A DNA stretch of 64,000 nucleotides, taken from contig OX597816.1 of NCBI GenBank assembly GCA_951406725.2, forward strand, positions 162,440,001 to 162,504,000, read 5' to 3'. This stretch comes from Octopus vulgaris (lineage: Eukaryota). The notes below the pieces were generated by a model. That model was not told where the DNA came from and ran no database searches. It saw only the letters and a list, made by a program, of their open reading frames with translations. A program made the translations under genes and the position numbers. Positions 16,913 through 29,866 of this stretch are shown here, in pieces (the first letter of the stretch is position 1; every line of letters starts with the position of its first letter).

Positions 16913-17314
16913 TATATATATATATATATATATATAGACTGTACTGATACGCTGACAGTGTTGTTTGAAAGTATTACAGTTCTAAATAGAATATCTGGAG
17001 ACATCAGTCTACACTCCATGCAACAAAGAAATACAAACAACTCACTTTGTCGTTCTATGCAATATATTTGCGAGTAGTAATATAGGTTTAAATAGATTAT
17101 TAAGGAGATTTCAAGTAAATCGGACAGCTTGATTTGCATATATAAACGCCTTCTTGGAAGCAATTTCGGTTGATAAATTTATGTTTATGAGTAGCGTCTA
17201 ATTGGCCTTAAAAGATGCCCTGGCTGAGGAAATCCCATCGCAAGAATTGAAACTTGTCCTGCTTTGCCGTCTGTTTTTGCGCATGAAGTTATTGTATATA
17301 TTGGTTAAAAATGT

Positions 17315-17515
17315 TGGTACAAGGCCAGCAATTCCGGGGGAGACGGTAAATCGATTACATCGATCTCAGTACTTAACTAATATTTATTTTATCAACCCTG
17401 AAAGGATGAACGGCAAAGATAACCCTGGCAGAATTTGAACTCAGAAAGTAAAGACGGATGAAATGTTGCTAATCATTTTGCCCGATGTGCTAATGATTCT
17501 ATCAGATAACCGCTT
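17315..17515 (-). mobile_element. SINE family B, diverged
   Basis: CCCTGAAAGGATGAACGGCAAAG...GAATTTGAACTCAG. Confidence 0.75.
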
Positions 17516-18147
17516 TAGATATTGTATATATTGGCAGGGTTCTCTTCTTCAACTGTAATTTCTTTTTATGCTACTCAACGATATTACGACTAGTTTGGAA
17601 TGAGGAAATATCCCAAATGGGCACGTCGAAATATTTCGACAGTTACACGTCATCTTTTATTTTTACTTGTTGTATGTGATGCGGGAAATGAGTTTATACA
17701 TGCAGGAATTGTTAAATTTAATGTATGTTTTGACAATTATTGAAGTAGACAACAACATAACTTTTACGAGGGAGAGTCAGTATAAAACTGACTTTATCAG
17801 ATGTACCTGAAAAGCCTGCAGCTTTCTGATGCCTGGAAGATATCAAACAGTAACTTGAAAGCTCCAGGCGTTATGTATTGGTTGCAAGTATTGTCTTAAA
17901 GTGAAAATGTCTATCTACATTCATGTTTCTAAGAGGCACGTCCTGGCATTTATGTAAGTCTCATCACGTATAACCCTTCATTAGAGCACACATAAGGCGT
18001 GTTTTGAGACCTTTCTAAAGCAGTTATTCCACGATGATATTATAAACAGCTTTGATCTTATTTCGTGTCCCATGAATTTATTTTCCAAACATGCATGACA
18101 ACATATCGAGGAACACAAACTACAAATTACACATTCCTCGCATAGAA

Positions 18148-18310
18148 GGCACAAATGACTGTATGGTGAAGAAACTCGCTTCGAAATTATGTGGTTTCGG
18201 GTTCAATTACAGTGCGTGGCACACTGAGTGTCTTCTACTATAGAGCCTAGCCGAACAAAGTCATGTAATGGAATTTGGTGGGGAGAAAGTATGGAGAAGT
18301 CCGTGGTATA
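18148..18310 (+). mobile_element. SINE family A, diverged 5' half
   Basis: GGTTTCGGGTTCAATTACAGTGCGTGGCAC...GTGTCTTCTACTATAG. Confidence 0.65.
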
Positions 18311-18334
18311 TGTATGTGTGTGTGTGCATGTGTA

Positions 18335-18419
<85 letters not shown>

Positions 18420-18438
18420 GTCTGTCTCTTTCTCTCTC

Positions 18439-18477
<39 letters not shown>

Positions 18478-18491
18478 ATATATATATATAC

Positions 18492-18536
<45 letters not shown>

Positions 18537-19271
18537 CATATATATTATATATATTATATACATGTAAATATTTATGTATATAAATATACATATATATATA
18601 CATATATACATATATATATATTTATATATTATATATATTATATATATATGCGTATAAACATTTATGTATATATATATATATGTACATATGTATGTTTGTA
18701 CATATATATATGTATATATATATATACATATATTTGTATTTATATATGTATGTATATTGGTAGAGAGATTAAAGAGATATAGACACACAGACACATATAC
18801 GTATGTATTCATATGCATGTATATGTTTATGTAGTGTATATTAATTTATTATACTTGTTCTTTTTATTGTTGGTCATTTCTTCTTCTTCTTCTTCTTCTT
18901 CTTCTTCTTCTTCTTCTCCTCCTCCTCCTCCTCCTCACCATCATCATCATTTGCAACGCAATTATTTTTCTATTTCGCTTCTTTCTAAACATCTTAAGTA
19001 TAATTTTGAATGAATCCTGCAAAATATTTCCTAAGAGCTCACTTTAAATAACAAGCTACATAATGGAATTGTAGGCGCCAGAGCAATGCGTTTTTCCTAA
19101 TCCTTATTTATGACTGTTGATCTGAGTTGAGTCGGGAATTTCATTAGCATTATTTAAAAATTTATTTTTCTATAATTATACGTATTTATGTGAAAGCCTC
19201 GACTCCGTACTACAATCCTTCACGTCGTCATGTTTGTTTGTTTGTTAGTTGAGGAGACAGAGGCAAACATT

Positions 19272-19332
<61 letters not shown>

Positions 19333-19577
19333 CATATATGTATACATGTGATTATTGTATACACAGACACGCATACAGAGAGAAAGAGAGGGAAAGTTAG
19401 AGAGGAAGAAAGAGAGAGAGAAAAAGAAAGAGAGAGAGAAAAAGAAAGAGAGAGAGAAAAACACATATGTGTGAATATATGTATACGTACGTGTATATTT
19501 GTGTGTGTGTATGGATCTGGATATGTAAATATATGTATATATGTATATTTATCTCTCTCCCTCTCTATCTATCTATG

Positions 19578-19642
<65 letters not shown>

Positions 19643-19737
19643 CTGTATCTCTCTATCTCTCTATCTGTCTATCTATTATATATAGATCCACACGTATATA
19701 TATACACACATACATATATGTTTATATATGTATATAT

Positions 19738-19795
<58 letters not shown>

Positions 19796-20095
19796 GCGCA
19801 TTTAGAGACCAAAATGTTTACTTATAAAGAAATTTCCTTATATGTACTCAATACTTGATAGTGGGAAATGGGCGGCGGTGGGGGTGGGGTGATATATTTT
19901 CATTAATGTACGAGTAGATATGGTGACGTTTATAATTAGATAAGAACAGGGCGGGGGAAAGAATGAAGTTTCATGCAAATGTAAGTGAATACAGCCTCAT
20001 GTGTGCATCAATATGTTGACACATACACACACACACACACAGGGGCACAGACCTATATATATACATGTCAATGATTCTACATAGTATATGTATGT

Positions 20096-20143
<48 letters not shown>

Positions 20144-20152
20144 AAACATAAG

Positions 20153-20847
20153 ATAGAAAAAATTAGTTTGAATTCCGTCATCGGCGCTATATTCGATAGC
20201 TTCACCAAATGCCACCAGCCCTCACTTCTGACCCAGCGACATCAGATAGTGGGGGGAAGAGCGCAGATGTTAAAACTAAGTAGCGACCGGGAACGTAAAT
20301 TTTCCCTCCAAAATTCTGCCATGCGCGCTTTCTGGGTAATCGTAATGGAATGAGGAATCCACATGGTAATGCAATAAAAATGGTAAATAATTTTCCTGTG
20401 GTTTTTCATGTAACCAACAATTATTTACCGGTAAATTTCGGTATGTAAATACGACATTTGGTGAAGCTATCGAATATAGCGCCGATGACGGAATTCAAAC
20501 TAATTTTTTCTATGTTTGCGATCCAGAAACACGTGTTCGCTATTAACGGTAAGTGACTGATTTCGTATATTTGCCACTCCGGTTTTGTGTATGTGAGCCG
20601 TAAGGGCCTTCGTTTTTGGAATCTCCACTTATAGAAAATGGAAAAACGGTCTTTGACTGCCATTTCTAATTCCTTCGGTATGAGGCGAAACAGCCAGCTG
20701 CTAGCCATCTTATTTTTTCTTTACTACATACTGAACCTTACAAAGGTCCTGACAATTAATTTGTCGTATTTACATACAGAAATTTACCGGTAAATAATTG
20801 TTGGTTACATGAAAAACCACAGGAAAATTATTTACCATTTTTATTGC

Positions 20848-20849
<2 letters not shown>
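20153..20849. repeat. Two interleaved inverted repeats (A-X-B-A'-Y-B') flanked by (TA)n
   Basis: 20153-20211 is the exact reverse complement of 20455-20513 (59 bp). 20369-20456 is the reverse complement of 20762-20849 (88 bp, one mismatch seen). Confidence 0.9.
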
Positions 20850-20909
<60 letters not shown>

Positions 20910-21610
20910 ATATATGTATATAAATATATGTATGTGTATATGAATGCATATATGGGTGTGTATATATCAAAGCATATATATGTGTGTGTGTGTGTATGTG
21001 TATGAGTGTGTATATATATGAATACAGACAGACACACACACACACATATATATATGTGCGTGTATATCTATATATATACATATATATATACATGTATATG
21101 CACACATACAAACATATATATATAAAGATCCAAGGTTTTTCCCTTATCCATAGGCTCATAAGATCGATCTTTCAGAAGAACACAATACGTTGCTTGATCT
21201 AGGAATCGAAAGCGCAATATTACGATCCCAAATGTTACACCCCTAATCACTATGCCTCACACCTTCATTCGCGTGCACACACCCACACATACACAAAAAG
21301 TCGCACACACACACACGTATGTATCTACATACGAATGTAGGTATTAATTTTGTGATCATAAATTGACAACAAATAATTGGTAATAAAAGCTCACAATATT
21401 GTCCAGTTTGTTATAAAACGCTCTATATTGTGACATCATCTCTTGTCTCTCTCCAGGTTTATGCAAACGAGGAATGAAAACAGTGATTTCTAAGTATGGT
21501 TAGATATAAACGTTATATAATTTACAGTGGTAAAGTGTAAGATTTTCATCCAATCCTTTCTATTGTAGGCACAAGACCAGAGATTTTGGGGAAGGGATGA
21601 AGACGATTAC

Positions 21611-22047
21611 AGGCATCGTCGAAATAGAAATGTAAACATCCAATGGGATTTTATGATTCAGTGCAACCATGAGATAGAGAATTGGAAGCCGGACATAATT
21701 TTAATTGAGAAAGAAAACAAACTATGCTGGATCAAAGACATAGCATGCCCATCTGTGAACAAGGTATGCGATAAAGAAGAAAGAAAAGTCGAGAGATATG
21801 ACAGGTTAGCTTGGAAAGTTAAGCAGTTGTGGTCAATGTAAAAGGTAGCAGTTGTACCAATAATTGTCGGAGCCCTGGGAACAGGAAGCAAAAATCTTGA
21901 GAAGTACATGGAACAAATAAGGGCTGCAAGAAGGGTGGAGCACTTGCAGAAAACAGTACTGCTTCGAACCGCCCGAATACTCCGGAAGGTGCTCGAAAAA
22001 TAAGAGGTGTTACCTTAGCCTACTGGTAGTGAACTGCTGATACCGTA
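21611..22047 (+). mobile_element. R4/Dong-clade LINE 3' fragment (RLE endonuclease), family K
   Basis: WDFMIQCNHEIENWKPDIILIEKENKLCWIKDIACP (PD..D RLE motif); matches 54120-54560. Confidence 0.88.
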
Positions 22048-22067
22048 TATAAATATATATATATAAA

Positions 22068-22265
22068 TACGTCTTTGTGTTTGTCCCCCAACACCGATTG
22101 ACAACTAATGGTGGTGTGTTTACGTCCCATTTCGGCAATGCAGACTGATAGACTAAGTAACATGCTTAAAAAAAAATAGTTACTGGGGTCGATTTATTCA
22201 ACTAAAAATTCTTCAGGCCAGTGCCCCAGAATGTCCGGAGTCTTATGACAGAAGCAAGTAAAAGA

Positions 22266-22266
<1 letters not shown>
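22068..22266 (+). mobile_element. SINE family A, 3' half
   Basis: TTGACAAC...GGTGTGTTTACGTCCC...GGGGTCGATTTATTCAACTAAA...AAGCAAGTAAAAGA. Confidence 0.75.
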
Positions 22267-22325
<59 letters not shown>

Positions 22326-22823
22326 CATATACCTCTCCGTTTATTCTGCCTGAGTTTAATCTACATTTGAGCGTATGTGTGTGATTATGTAATACAAATA
22401 CTATATATGTAACCATATATATGTAACCAGCACTGAGAAAACCACAATTAAAAGCGAACATGTTGAAACACATGCACATGATGTATAACAGCAAAAGATT
22501 GCCATTTGCTCTGCTATCAAAACGAAAATGCAATCTTTTACCACGACTACATTAAGTAAAACTTGTCATAATTCCTTCTCACATAAAACTGCTGTCATAA
22601 TGCTTTTCGTTGTACATTTAGAGAGCTTGCAACTTAAATTTCCATAAATATTGTTTGCTTATATTGAATGATGTATCAAATTCAATTGATGTAAAGAAGC
22701 AAAGAAGCTGTATGGGAATAAAGAAAGGGAAAAAGGAAACAAGGTAATATACGCGAGAGCTCATGGAACACAGCGGAAAAGAATATATTTATATACGCTC
22801 ATACGTGCATGCATATGTATATA

Positions 22824-22859
<36 letters not shown>

Positions 22860-22991
22860 CGTATGCGTTCATTTATATAGATGTACGTATGGATTCGTCT
22901 ATATATACGTACACGTATGTATGTATATATATACACACATACATATGTACCTTACATATATAAATGGATATATATATATGTATATATATGC

Positions 22992-23027
<36 letters not shown>

Positions 23028-23062
23028 GTACATACGTATATGATCATATATATATATATATA

Positions 23063-23132
<70 letters not shown>

Positions 23133-23217
23133 TACGTATGTATTCGTTTATATATATGTACATCCATATATATGTATATGTTTATATACACGCATGCATA
23201 TATACATATATACATAA

Positions 23218-23256
<39 letters not shown>

Positions 23257-23814
23257 TCTGTATCTACATCTACACAAACACACATATATATCAAGTAATA
23301 TATAATAGGTATATATTTTTAATTTGTTTAATAAAGAGGTTTTTATTAGCGTCTCGGGAGAAGGGGGAAATAAATATAAATATGTTCACGTAGATACACA
23401 CATACACACACATAGACAAGCCCCCCTCCACACACACACAAATACACACACATACACACACGTGCATACATACATACACATACACACGTATACGCACTCA
23501 CGTTCGTACGCACGTATAAAGGCACACATAAACGCATTACATCCACCTCTAAGATATATATACGTATGAATTAATATGCATGTATACATATACATATGAA
23601 CATAGAACTACATATATATATGTGTGTATGAATATAAGTATATGTGTGTGTATATGTGTGTTCGTGTGTGCATTGATGATGTACAATTATATACATAAAA
23701 ATGTGAATACATATTGTATATTTCCTTGTGTCTGAAATGAAGGATAGTATGAAACAAAAATACTTATTGCTCAACATACCACACTTACACACACACATAC
23801 GTACACACATTGAC

Positions 23815-23879
<65 letters not shown>

Positions 23880-23894
23880 CATATGTGTACACAG

Positions 23895-23942
<48 letters not shown>

Positions 23943-24105
23943 ATATATACCTATATATATATATGTATATATGCATGTATTTATATATAAATATATATAT
24001 ATACATTCATATAAGTATATTTATAAATATATATACATGTATATGTATATTTAGCATATATAACAATATATAATATATACAATAAATATATAATAAACAT
24101 AGCTA

Positions 24106-24142
<37 letters not shown>

Positions 24143-24963
24143 TTATATGCATGCATATATACATATATACATATACACACACTCATATATCTATATATAC
24201 ACACACTCATATATCTATATATGTATATATAGATATATGTACATACATATAAACAATGCTATACGAATGAAATTCTTAAAAAAGATGTATATATGGAATA
24301 AGATTGATCACTTTCTTATATTAACTTTCGTCTGAAAAAATAGAGACCTGTTCTATGAATCATATTCAAAATGTTTTTGTCTATTTTGCGGTTTTGATAT
24401 TGGAATTCAATCTGCCATTGAATAAATATTAAAAATATTTTGGACATACTGTTTTGGATTTGGATTAGCAAATTTTTCAATTCAGATGGTATTGAATGTC
24501 GATCTTGGATCCGTATTTTGCCAAAGAATATTACTTCACTATAATAATCTTCGGTTCAGTTCTAGAAAAAAATCGAACGATAATTTTAATTTGACATTCT
24601 TCTGTATAATTACAATTTTTCCATTGTAACAATTGTTTGCATATCCAGACAATGTGACTCTGAATAAACAATAAGATGTCACACTGGCCCTCAGCTCTGG
24701 GTGCACAGTTTCTAATAGCCGAAACAGATGAACGCTATAGAAAGTGATTATATAACTCTTGTTCTTTTGTCATTCATTTAATAATATTACGCTATGTACG
24801 GATCTATTGATTCATATAAATATGGAAAGTGAAGGATATCTAATGATTAATGCCTCCTTGGCACCAGAACTTATCACCGGAACTTGCTAATACTGTCAAG
24901 TGTAAAAAGCCTACGAAATTCTATGTTGCATGGGACCGAACCAAACTGTTTTAAATACTAATA

Positions 24964-25915
24964 TATGAGGGTCAGCTGTAAATTTCATAAGCTGGTCAAA
25001 AGTCCATAAGCTGATGGATTGGTCACTAAATGAGGTTTATTTTTTTACTATAATCCTCCTTGCGGTCCAAACAGTTTTTCTATTTGTGTTGCAGTACTTG
25101 AATCCCGTTGGTGAAGAAACTTTCATTCAGTTGGTTAAAAAAGTCATTAACAACAGACAACTTAGATAACTTAGACATGTTTCGATCAAATATTGGTCCA
25201 GGCCATGTGTAACTTAATAGCACCATCTTATGATTACGTCATCATCACTGCAATACTAGTTCTCAGCCAAGTGTTTATTCATGTTGAGGAACAAATGATA
25301 GTCAGATGGAATCGAATTAGAGGATCAACCATTTCAAAGCCACAGTCACGCACAGCAGCCGTTGAAACCAAGCTTGTGTGCTGAAGCATTATCTTGATGA
25401 AATAAGACAACTTTCGCCAGATTTGTCATACATCAACAAAAATGTCTCCGACAATAGGCTTCGGCGTTTGGTGCGAATTGCTGGCCTCATTTGTTGGTCA
25501 GCAAAGAACTGTATCTTGTCCTCTTGATCGTACACCTCTTTTCCAAGTAGTTTTCCTGTATAGGTCCTTTTGATTCCCCTAAATTTTAAACTTCTCGATC
25601 CACTCATACACACTTCTATGTGGTAGTGTACTGTCCCTGTATTGTGCTAAATGCCTTCGATGAATTTCAGCACCTGACACACATTACGACCAGAGAAAAT
25701 CGGATCATTGCTCTTTGTTCTTCTTTGGTGCACCTTGCTATTGGAGCAGCCATGCTTACTTTGAGAAATCAGAAAAAAAATGGCACGATCAGCCTTAAAC
25801 TTCGATCAGGTGACCACACAAGAGTACCAACTATAAGCACGCGTTCTAAGAATGCAGTGTGACAATAATAGGGATATATTATGGCGAAAGTGCCCATAAT
25901 TTTTCAATTCCACTA

Positions 25916-25918
<3 letters not shown>
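24964..25918 (-). mobile_element. Mariner (Tc1/mariner DD34D) relic, internally deleted and probably a composite of two families
   Basis: Minus-strand pieces: MAAPIARCTKEEQRAMIRF..SGAEIHRR..QYRDSTLPHRSVYEWIEKFK (start about 25753), RPAIRTKRRSLLS, LFHQDNA, PSDYHLFLNMNKHLA and FFTNGIQVLQHK*KNCLDRKEDYS. TIR-like ends adjoin TA. Confidence 0.85.
25160..25228 (-). mobile_element. 3' tail of the CR1-group LINE, inserted in the mariner relic
   Basis: TATTGG.CCAGGCCATGT.TAACTTAATAGCACCA is also at 2261-2296. Confidence 0.7.
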
Positions 25919-25959
<41 letters not shown>

Positions 25960-26172
25960 CATATATGAATTTAGATTCAGATGAATATGGTACTTAAGTT
26001 AAATGAAATAAGTATAAAAATGTACATTGTCCATATAATTAAAAAAATTCTATATGTGGCAGAAAATTGCTTTACATTTTAAAACTGATGTAATGCTTAC
26101 ATTGTTTAATTCAATGAAGTAGCATGAAACGATTGTACTACACTACCTTGGATATCCTTGTTGCATATTTTG

Positions 26173-26221
<49 letters not shown>

Positions 26222-27018
26222 GTGTGTGTGTGTGTATGTGTATGTGTGTGTGCACGATCAGCCTTAAACTTCGATCAGGTGACCACACAAGAGTACCAAC
26301 TATAAGCACGCGTTCTAAGAATGCAGTGTGACAATAATAGGGATATATTATGGCGAAAGTGCCCATAATTTTTCAATTCCACTGGAGTGGCTGTGTGGTA
26401 AGTAGCTTGCTAATAAACCACATGGTTCTGGGTTCAGTCCCACTGCGTGGCATCTTGGGCAAGTGTCTTCTGCTATAGCCCCGGGCCGACCAATGCCTTG
26501 TGAGTGGATTTGGTAGACGGAAACTGAAAGAAGCCTGTCGTATATATGTATATATATATATATATGTGTTTGTTTGTGTGTCTGTGTTTGTTCCCCTAGC
26601 ATTGCTTGACAACCGATGCTGGTGTGTTTACGTCCCCGTCACTTAGCGGTTCGGCAAAAAAGAGACCGATAGAATAAGTACTGGGCTTACAAAGAATAAG
26701 TCCCGGAGTCGAGTTGCTCGATTAAAGGCGGTGCTCCAGCATGGCCGCAGTCAAATGACTGAAACAAGTAAAAGAGAAAAGAGAAAGATATATATATATA
26801 TATATATAGCAAAATTTAGATTCAGATGAATATGGTACTTAAGTTAAATGAAATAAGTATAAAAATGTACATTGTCCATATAATTAAAAAAAATTCTATA
26901 TGTGGCAGAAAATTGCTTTACATTTTAAAACTGATGTAATGCTTACATTGTTTAATTCAATGAAGTAGCATGAAACGATTGTACTACACTACATTGGATA
27001 TCCTTGTTGCATATTTTG

Positions 27019-27051
<33 letters not shown>

Positions 27052-27070
27052 GCGTGTGTGTGTGTATGTG
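25784..27070 (+). repeat. Local tandem duplication (about 470-bp unit x2); the second unit is interrupted by SINE A
   Basis: 25785-25913 matches 26251-26383, and 25968-26175 matches 26813-27022, both near-identically. Confidence 0.9.
26384..26787 (+). mobile_element. SINE family A, full length and young-looking
   Basis: GGAGTGGCTGTGTGGTAAG...CAAATGACTGAAACAAGTAAAAGAGAAAAGAG. Confidence 0.93.
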
Positions 27071-27552
27071 TATGTGTGTGTGCGCGCGCTTGTGTGTTTG
27101 TGTATCGTGATCGTATGTTTGCGTGCGTGTGTACAAACACTAAAATGCATTCAAAAGCTAGAATAAAGAGCGAACGAAGGTGGGAACGAGCCGAGAGAGC
27201 GAAAAGGCTACCAGAAAAGTGAAGGAGAAAGACAGCTAGAGAGACTTAAGAAGCAAGAACTAGATGTATTATAATACAGAGAAAAGTAATTAGCAAATTA
27301 AACATAATAAAACATCTCCTTCGATGGAGTAATCGTAATTAAGGGGACAATGCTACATCTGTATAAAAAGGGTGTGTGGTGAAAATTGAACTCTCATCGT
27401 CTGTGCACTTACCATCAAATTAAATTTTTGTTTTGCGAACGAAGCTTTTCATTATTAATAAAATCATTAGCAAAACCTATTCGAGACGATGTAACAATTA
27501 TACAAACAACAACTACTACAACAACAACAACATCAACGGGAAAATCACTCAC

Positions 27553-27603
27553 GCCATCATAAGCAGAGTCGGAATCAGCACGAGTAGCAAGCAACACCGG
27601 CAA
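27553..27603 (-). other. Candidate 51-nt host exon
   Basis: Minus strand TGTTGTTTTCGTTTGTAG|TTGCCGG...ATGATGGC|GTGAGT has a canonical acceptor and donor. Two frames are open (LPVLLATRADSDSAYDG or CRCCLLLVLIPTLLMM). Confidence 0.3.
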
Positions 27604-27627
27604 CTACAAACGAAAACAACAACGCAA

Positions 27628-27760
<133 letters not shown>

Positions 27761-28331
27761 TAATAATAATAATAATGAAGTATAAAATCGACATTCTAAT
27801 TAGAAAAATGGGCCACCTCCAATATATGTAATTATCGACTTTTGAACTTTGCTTGTTCTTCGTGGCGTGCCCTTTTCTGCCTTGCAGATATATGGTAAAG
27901 ATTGGGAACCGAAAAATACTAAACATTGCTAATTATATTAATTACTAGATTGATATAAATATAATTGTGCAGAATAAATTAGGAACAATAAATTTGAAAA
28001 AGAAATTACAAAAAAAAAAAACCAAACAAAAGTAAAAGAAAATAGTATCATTTTTAAAATAATTATTAAAGTAATTATAATTACGTAATTATTTCAAAAA
28101 GAAAACAAAGCCAAAGAAAAATAATAAATAAATCATAAATACACATATTTCGAAAAAGGTAGATTCTAGAAAACAGAATCGATTTTAGGTTTCATCTGTG
28201 AAAAGTTGAGAATAGTCATATATTTTGATCAGTCAAATATATTTTATTACTTTCTAATATATTTTCTGTTTCAAGATTTTCCATTCTTCGTCAGAGAACT
28301 TGTCTCTTGATGTGGTTTGTATCACATGAGT

Positions 28332-28712
28332 GTGGAGGCTCAATGGCCCAGTGGTTAGGAGAGCGGACTCGTGGTCGTAGGATCGCGGTTTCGATTTCCA
28401 GACCGACTGTTGTGAGTGTTTATTGTGCGAAAACACCTAAAGCTCCACGAGGTTCCGGCAGGTGGTGCTGGCGACCCCTGCTGTACTCTTTCACCACAAC
28501 TTTCTCTCACTCTTTCTTCCTCTTTCTGTTGTACCTGTATTTCAAAGGGCCAGTCTTGTCACATCCTGTCTCACGCTGAATCTCCTCGAGAACTAAATTA
28601 AGGGTATACGTGTCTTTAGATTGCTCAGCCACTTGCATGTTAATTTCACGAGCAGGCTGTTCCGTTGATCGGATCAACTGGAACCCACGTCGTCGAAACC
28701 GACGGAGTGCCA
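28332..28712 (+). mobile_element. tRNA-derived SINE family C, full length
   Basis: GTGGAGG..AATGGCCCAGTGGTTAG (A-box), GGTTTCGATT (B-box), tail CGTCGTCG.AACCGACGGAGTGCCA; copies at 29867 and 48106. Confidence 0.9.
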
Positions 28713-28849
28713 CGATCATAAGAGTATTTCATAGGAATCTTATACCTGTATCATATTCACGAGTCATACATGGTGTACCTCTCCAGAACCACTCAACCAC
28801 TATGAAAATTGAAATCACAACTCTTAACATTGCTACACAACTGGTGAAT

Positions 28850-29162
28850 GTGCCTGGTTTAGTAGTTGGGGGTATTCGGCTTTTAGTCGTCAATATGTTA
28901 GTTCAATTCCAGGCGACGCGTTTTTTCCTTGAGCAACACACTTTATTTCGCGTTGTTCCAACTTGACAACCGATGCTGACAATCGCTTGACAACCGATGC
29001 TGGTGTGTTTACGTTCCCGTAGCTTAGCAGTTCGGTGAAAGAGACCCGATAGAATAAGTAGTAGGCTTACAAAGAATAAGTCCTGGGATCGATTTGTTCG
29101 ATTAAAGGCGGTGCCCACTGTCAAATGACTGAAACAAGTAAAAGAGTAAACGAGTAAAAGAA
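28850..29162 (+). mobile_element. Chimeric SINE: family D-like head joined to a family A 3' half
   Basis: CTTGAGCAACACACTTTATTTCGCGTTGTTCCA, then a duplicated CTTGACAACCGATGCTG and the family A tail. Confidence 0.65.
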
Positions 29163-29199
29163 AATGATATCGATGGGAAATGCAAAAAAAAAAAATGAA

Positions 29200-29440
29200 A
29201 AGGAAACGTTTTCAAAATTGTCAATATTTTCGTAGTCCAAAAATTGCGATTTATGACATAAAATTCCCTCTAGAAATTATCCAGAGCTAATAATGACAAA
29301 CTTTAATTACTAAATACTGTTAAACACACCTCTGCAAATGGAATGTACATAAGCAATTCATTTTAAATACAACGAACAACCGGCTGTGAGACCGTTTTTC
29401 GCAGATCTCCAAATGGAGATTATGGCAAGCAATGGGTTAA
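29200..29440. mobile_element. Possible piggyBac-like (TTAA) non-autonomous element end
   Basis: Ends GCAATGGG|TTAA exactly where the SINE C sequence resumes (TTAAGGGTAC). Confidence 0.4.
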
Positions 29441-29542
29441 GGGTACGTATGTCTGTGGAGTGCTCAGCCATTTTCACGTTAATTTTATGAGCAGGTTGCC
29501 CCGTTGATCGGATCAACTGGGACGGACGTCATCGCAACCGAC
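29437..29542 (+). mobile_element. SINE family C, 3' fragment
   Basis: TTAAGGGTACGTATGTCTGTGGAGTGCTCAGCCA...AACCGACG. Confidence 0.8.
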
Positions 29543-29751
29543 GTAAGACTGGTTACTTAGTAATAAAATCAATCTATCCGTGTCCGACAGGTTGACATAA
29601 AAGCTCGAGTAATTTCAAACGAGAAAAACCGAATGAACTCTTCCCTTAGATAAAATTTTTACTATGATGCAAAAAATGTTTTACACAAGACACAGGCATA
29701 ACATGCGTGTGTGTGTGTGTGTGTGTGTGTGTACATGTGTGTGTGTGTGTG

Positions 29752-29851
29752 TGAAATAAAGTGTCTTTCTCAAAGAGACACAACGTGGCATCGGATATCG
29801 AACTCACGATCATGATTTTAATATCCTAACAACCAAGCAGCATGCTTTCAC
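29752..29851 (-). mobile_element. SINE family D head, diverged
   Basis: GTGAAATAAAGTGT..TCTCAA..ACACAACG..ATCGAACTCACGATC..CCTAAC. Confidence 0.55.
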
Positions 29852-29866
29852 AGATAAATTGTATCG

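Noticed and set aside
21440-21500. Possible plus-strand exon after CTCTCTCCAG
   Set aside because: Good acceptor but weak donor and no supporting reading frame or partner exons.
27553-27603. Selenoprotein-like CYSC-UGA reading of the candidate exon
   Set aside because: A second TGA follows within six codons and there is no SECIS evidence.
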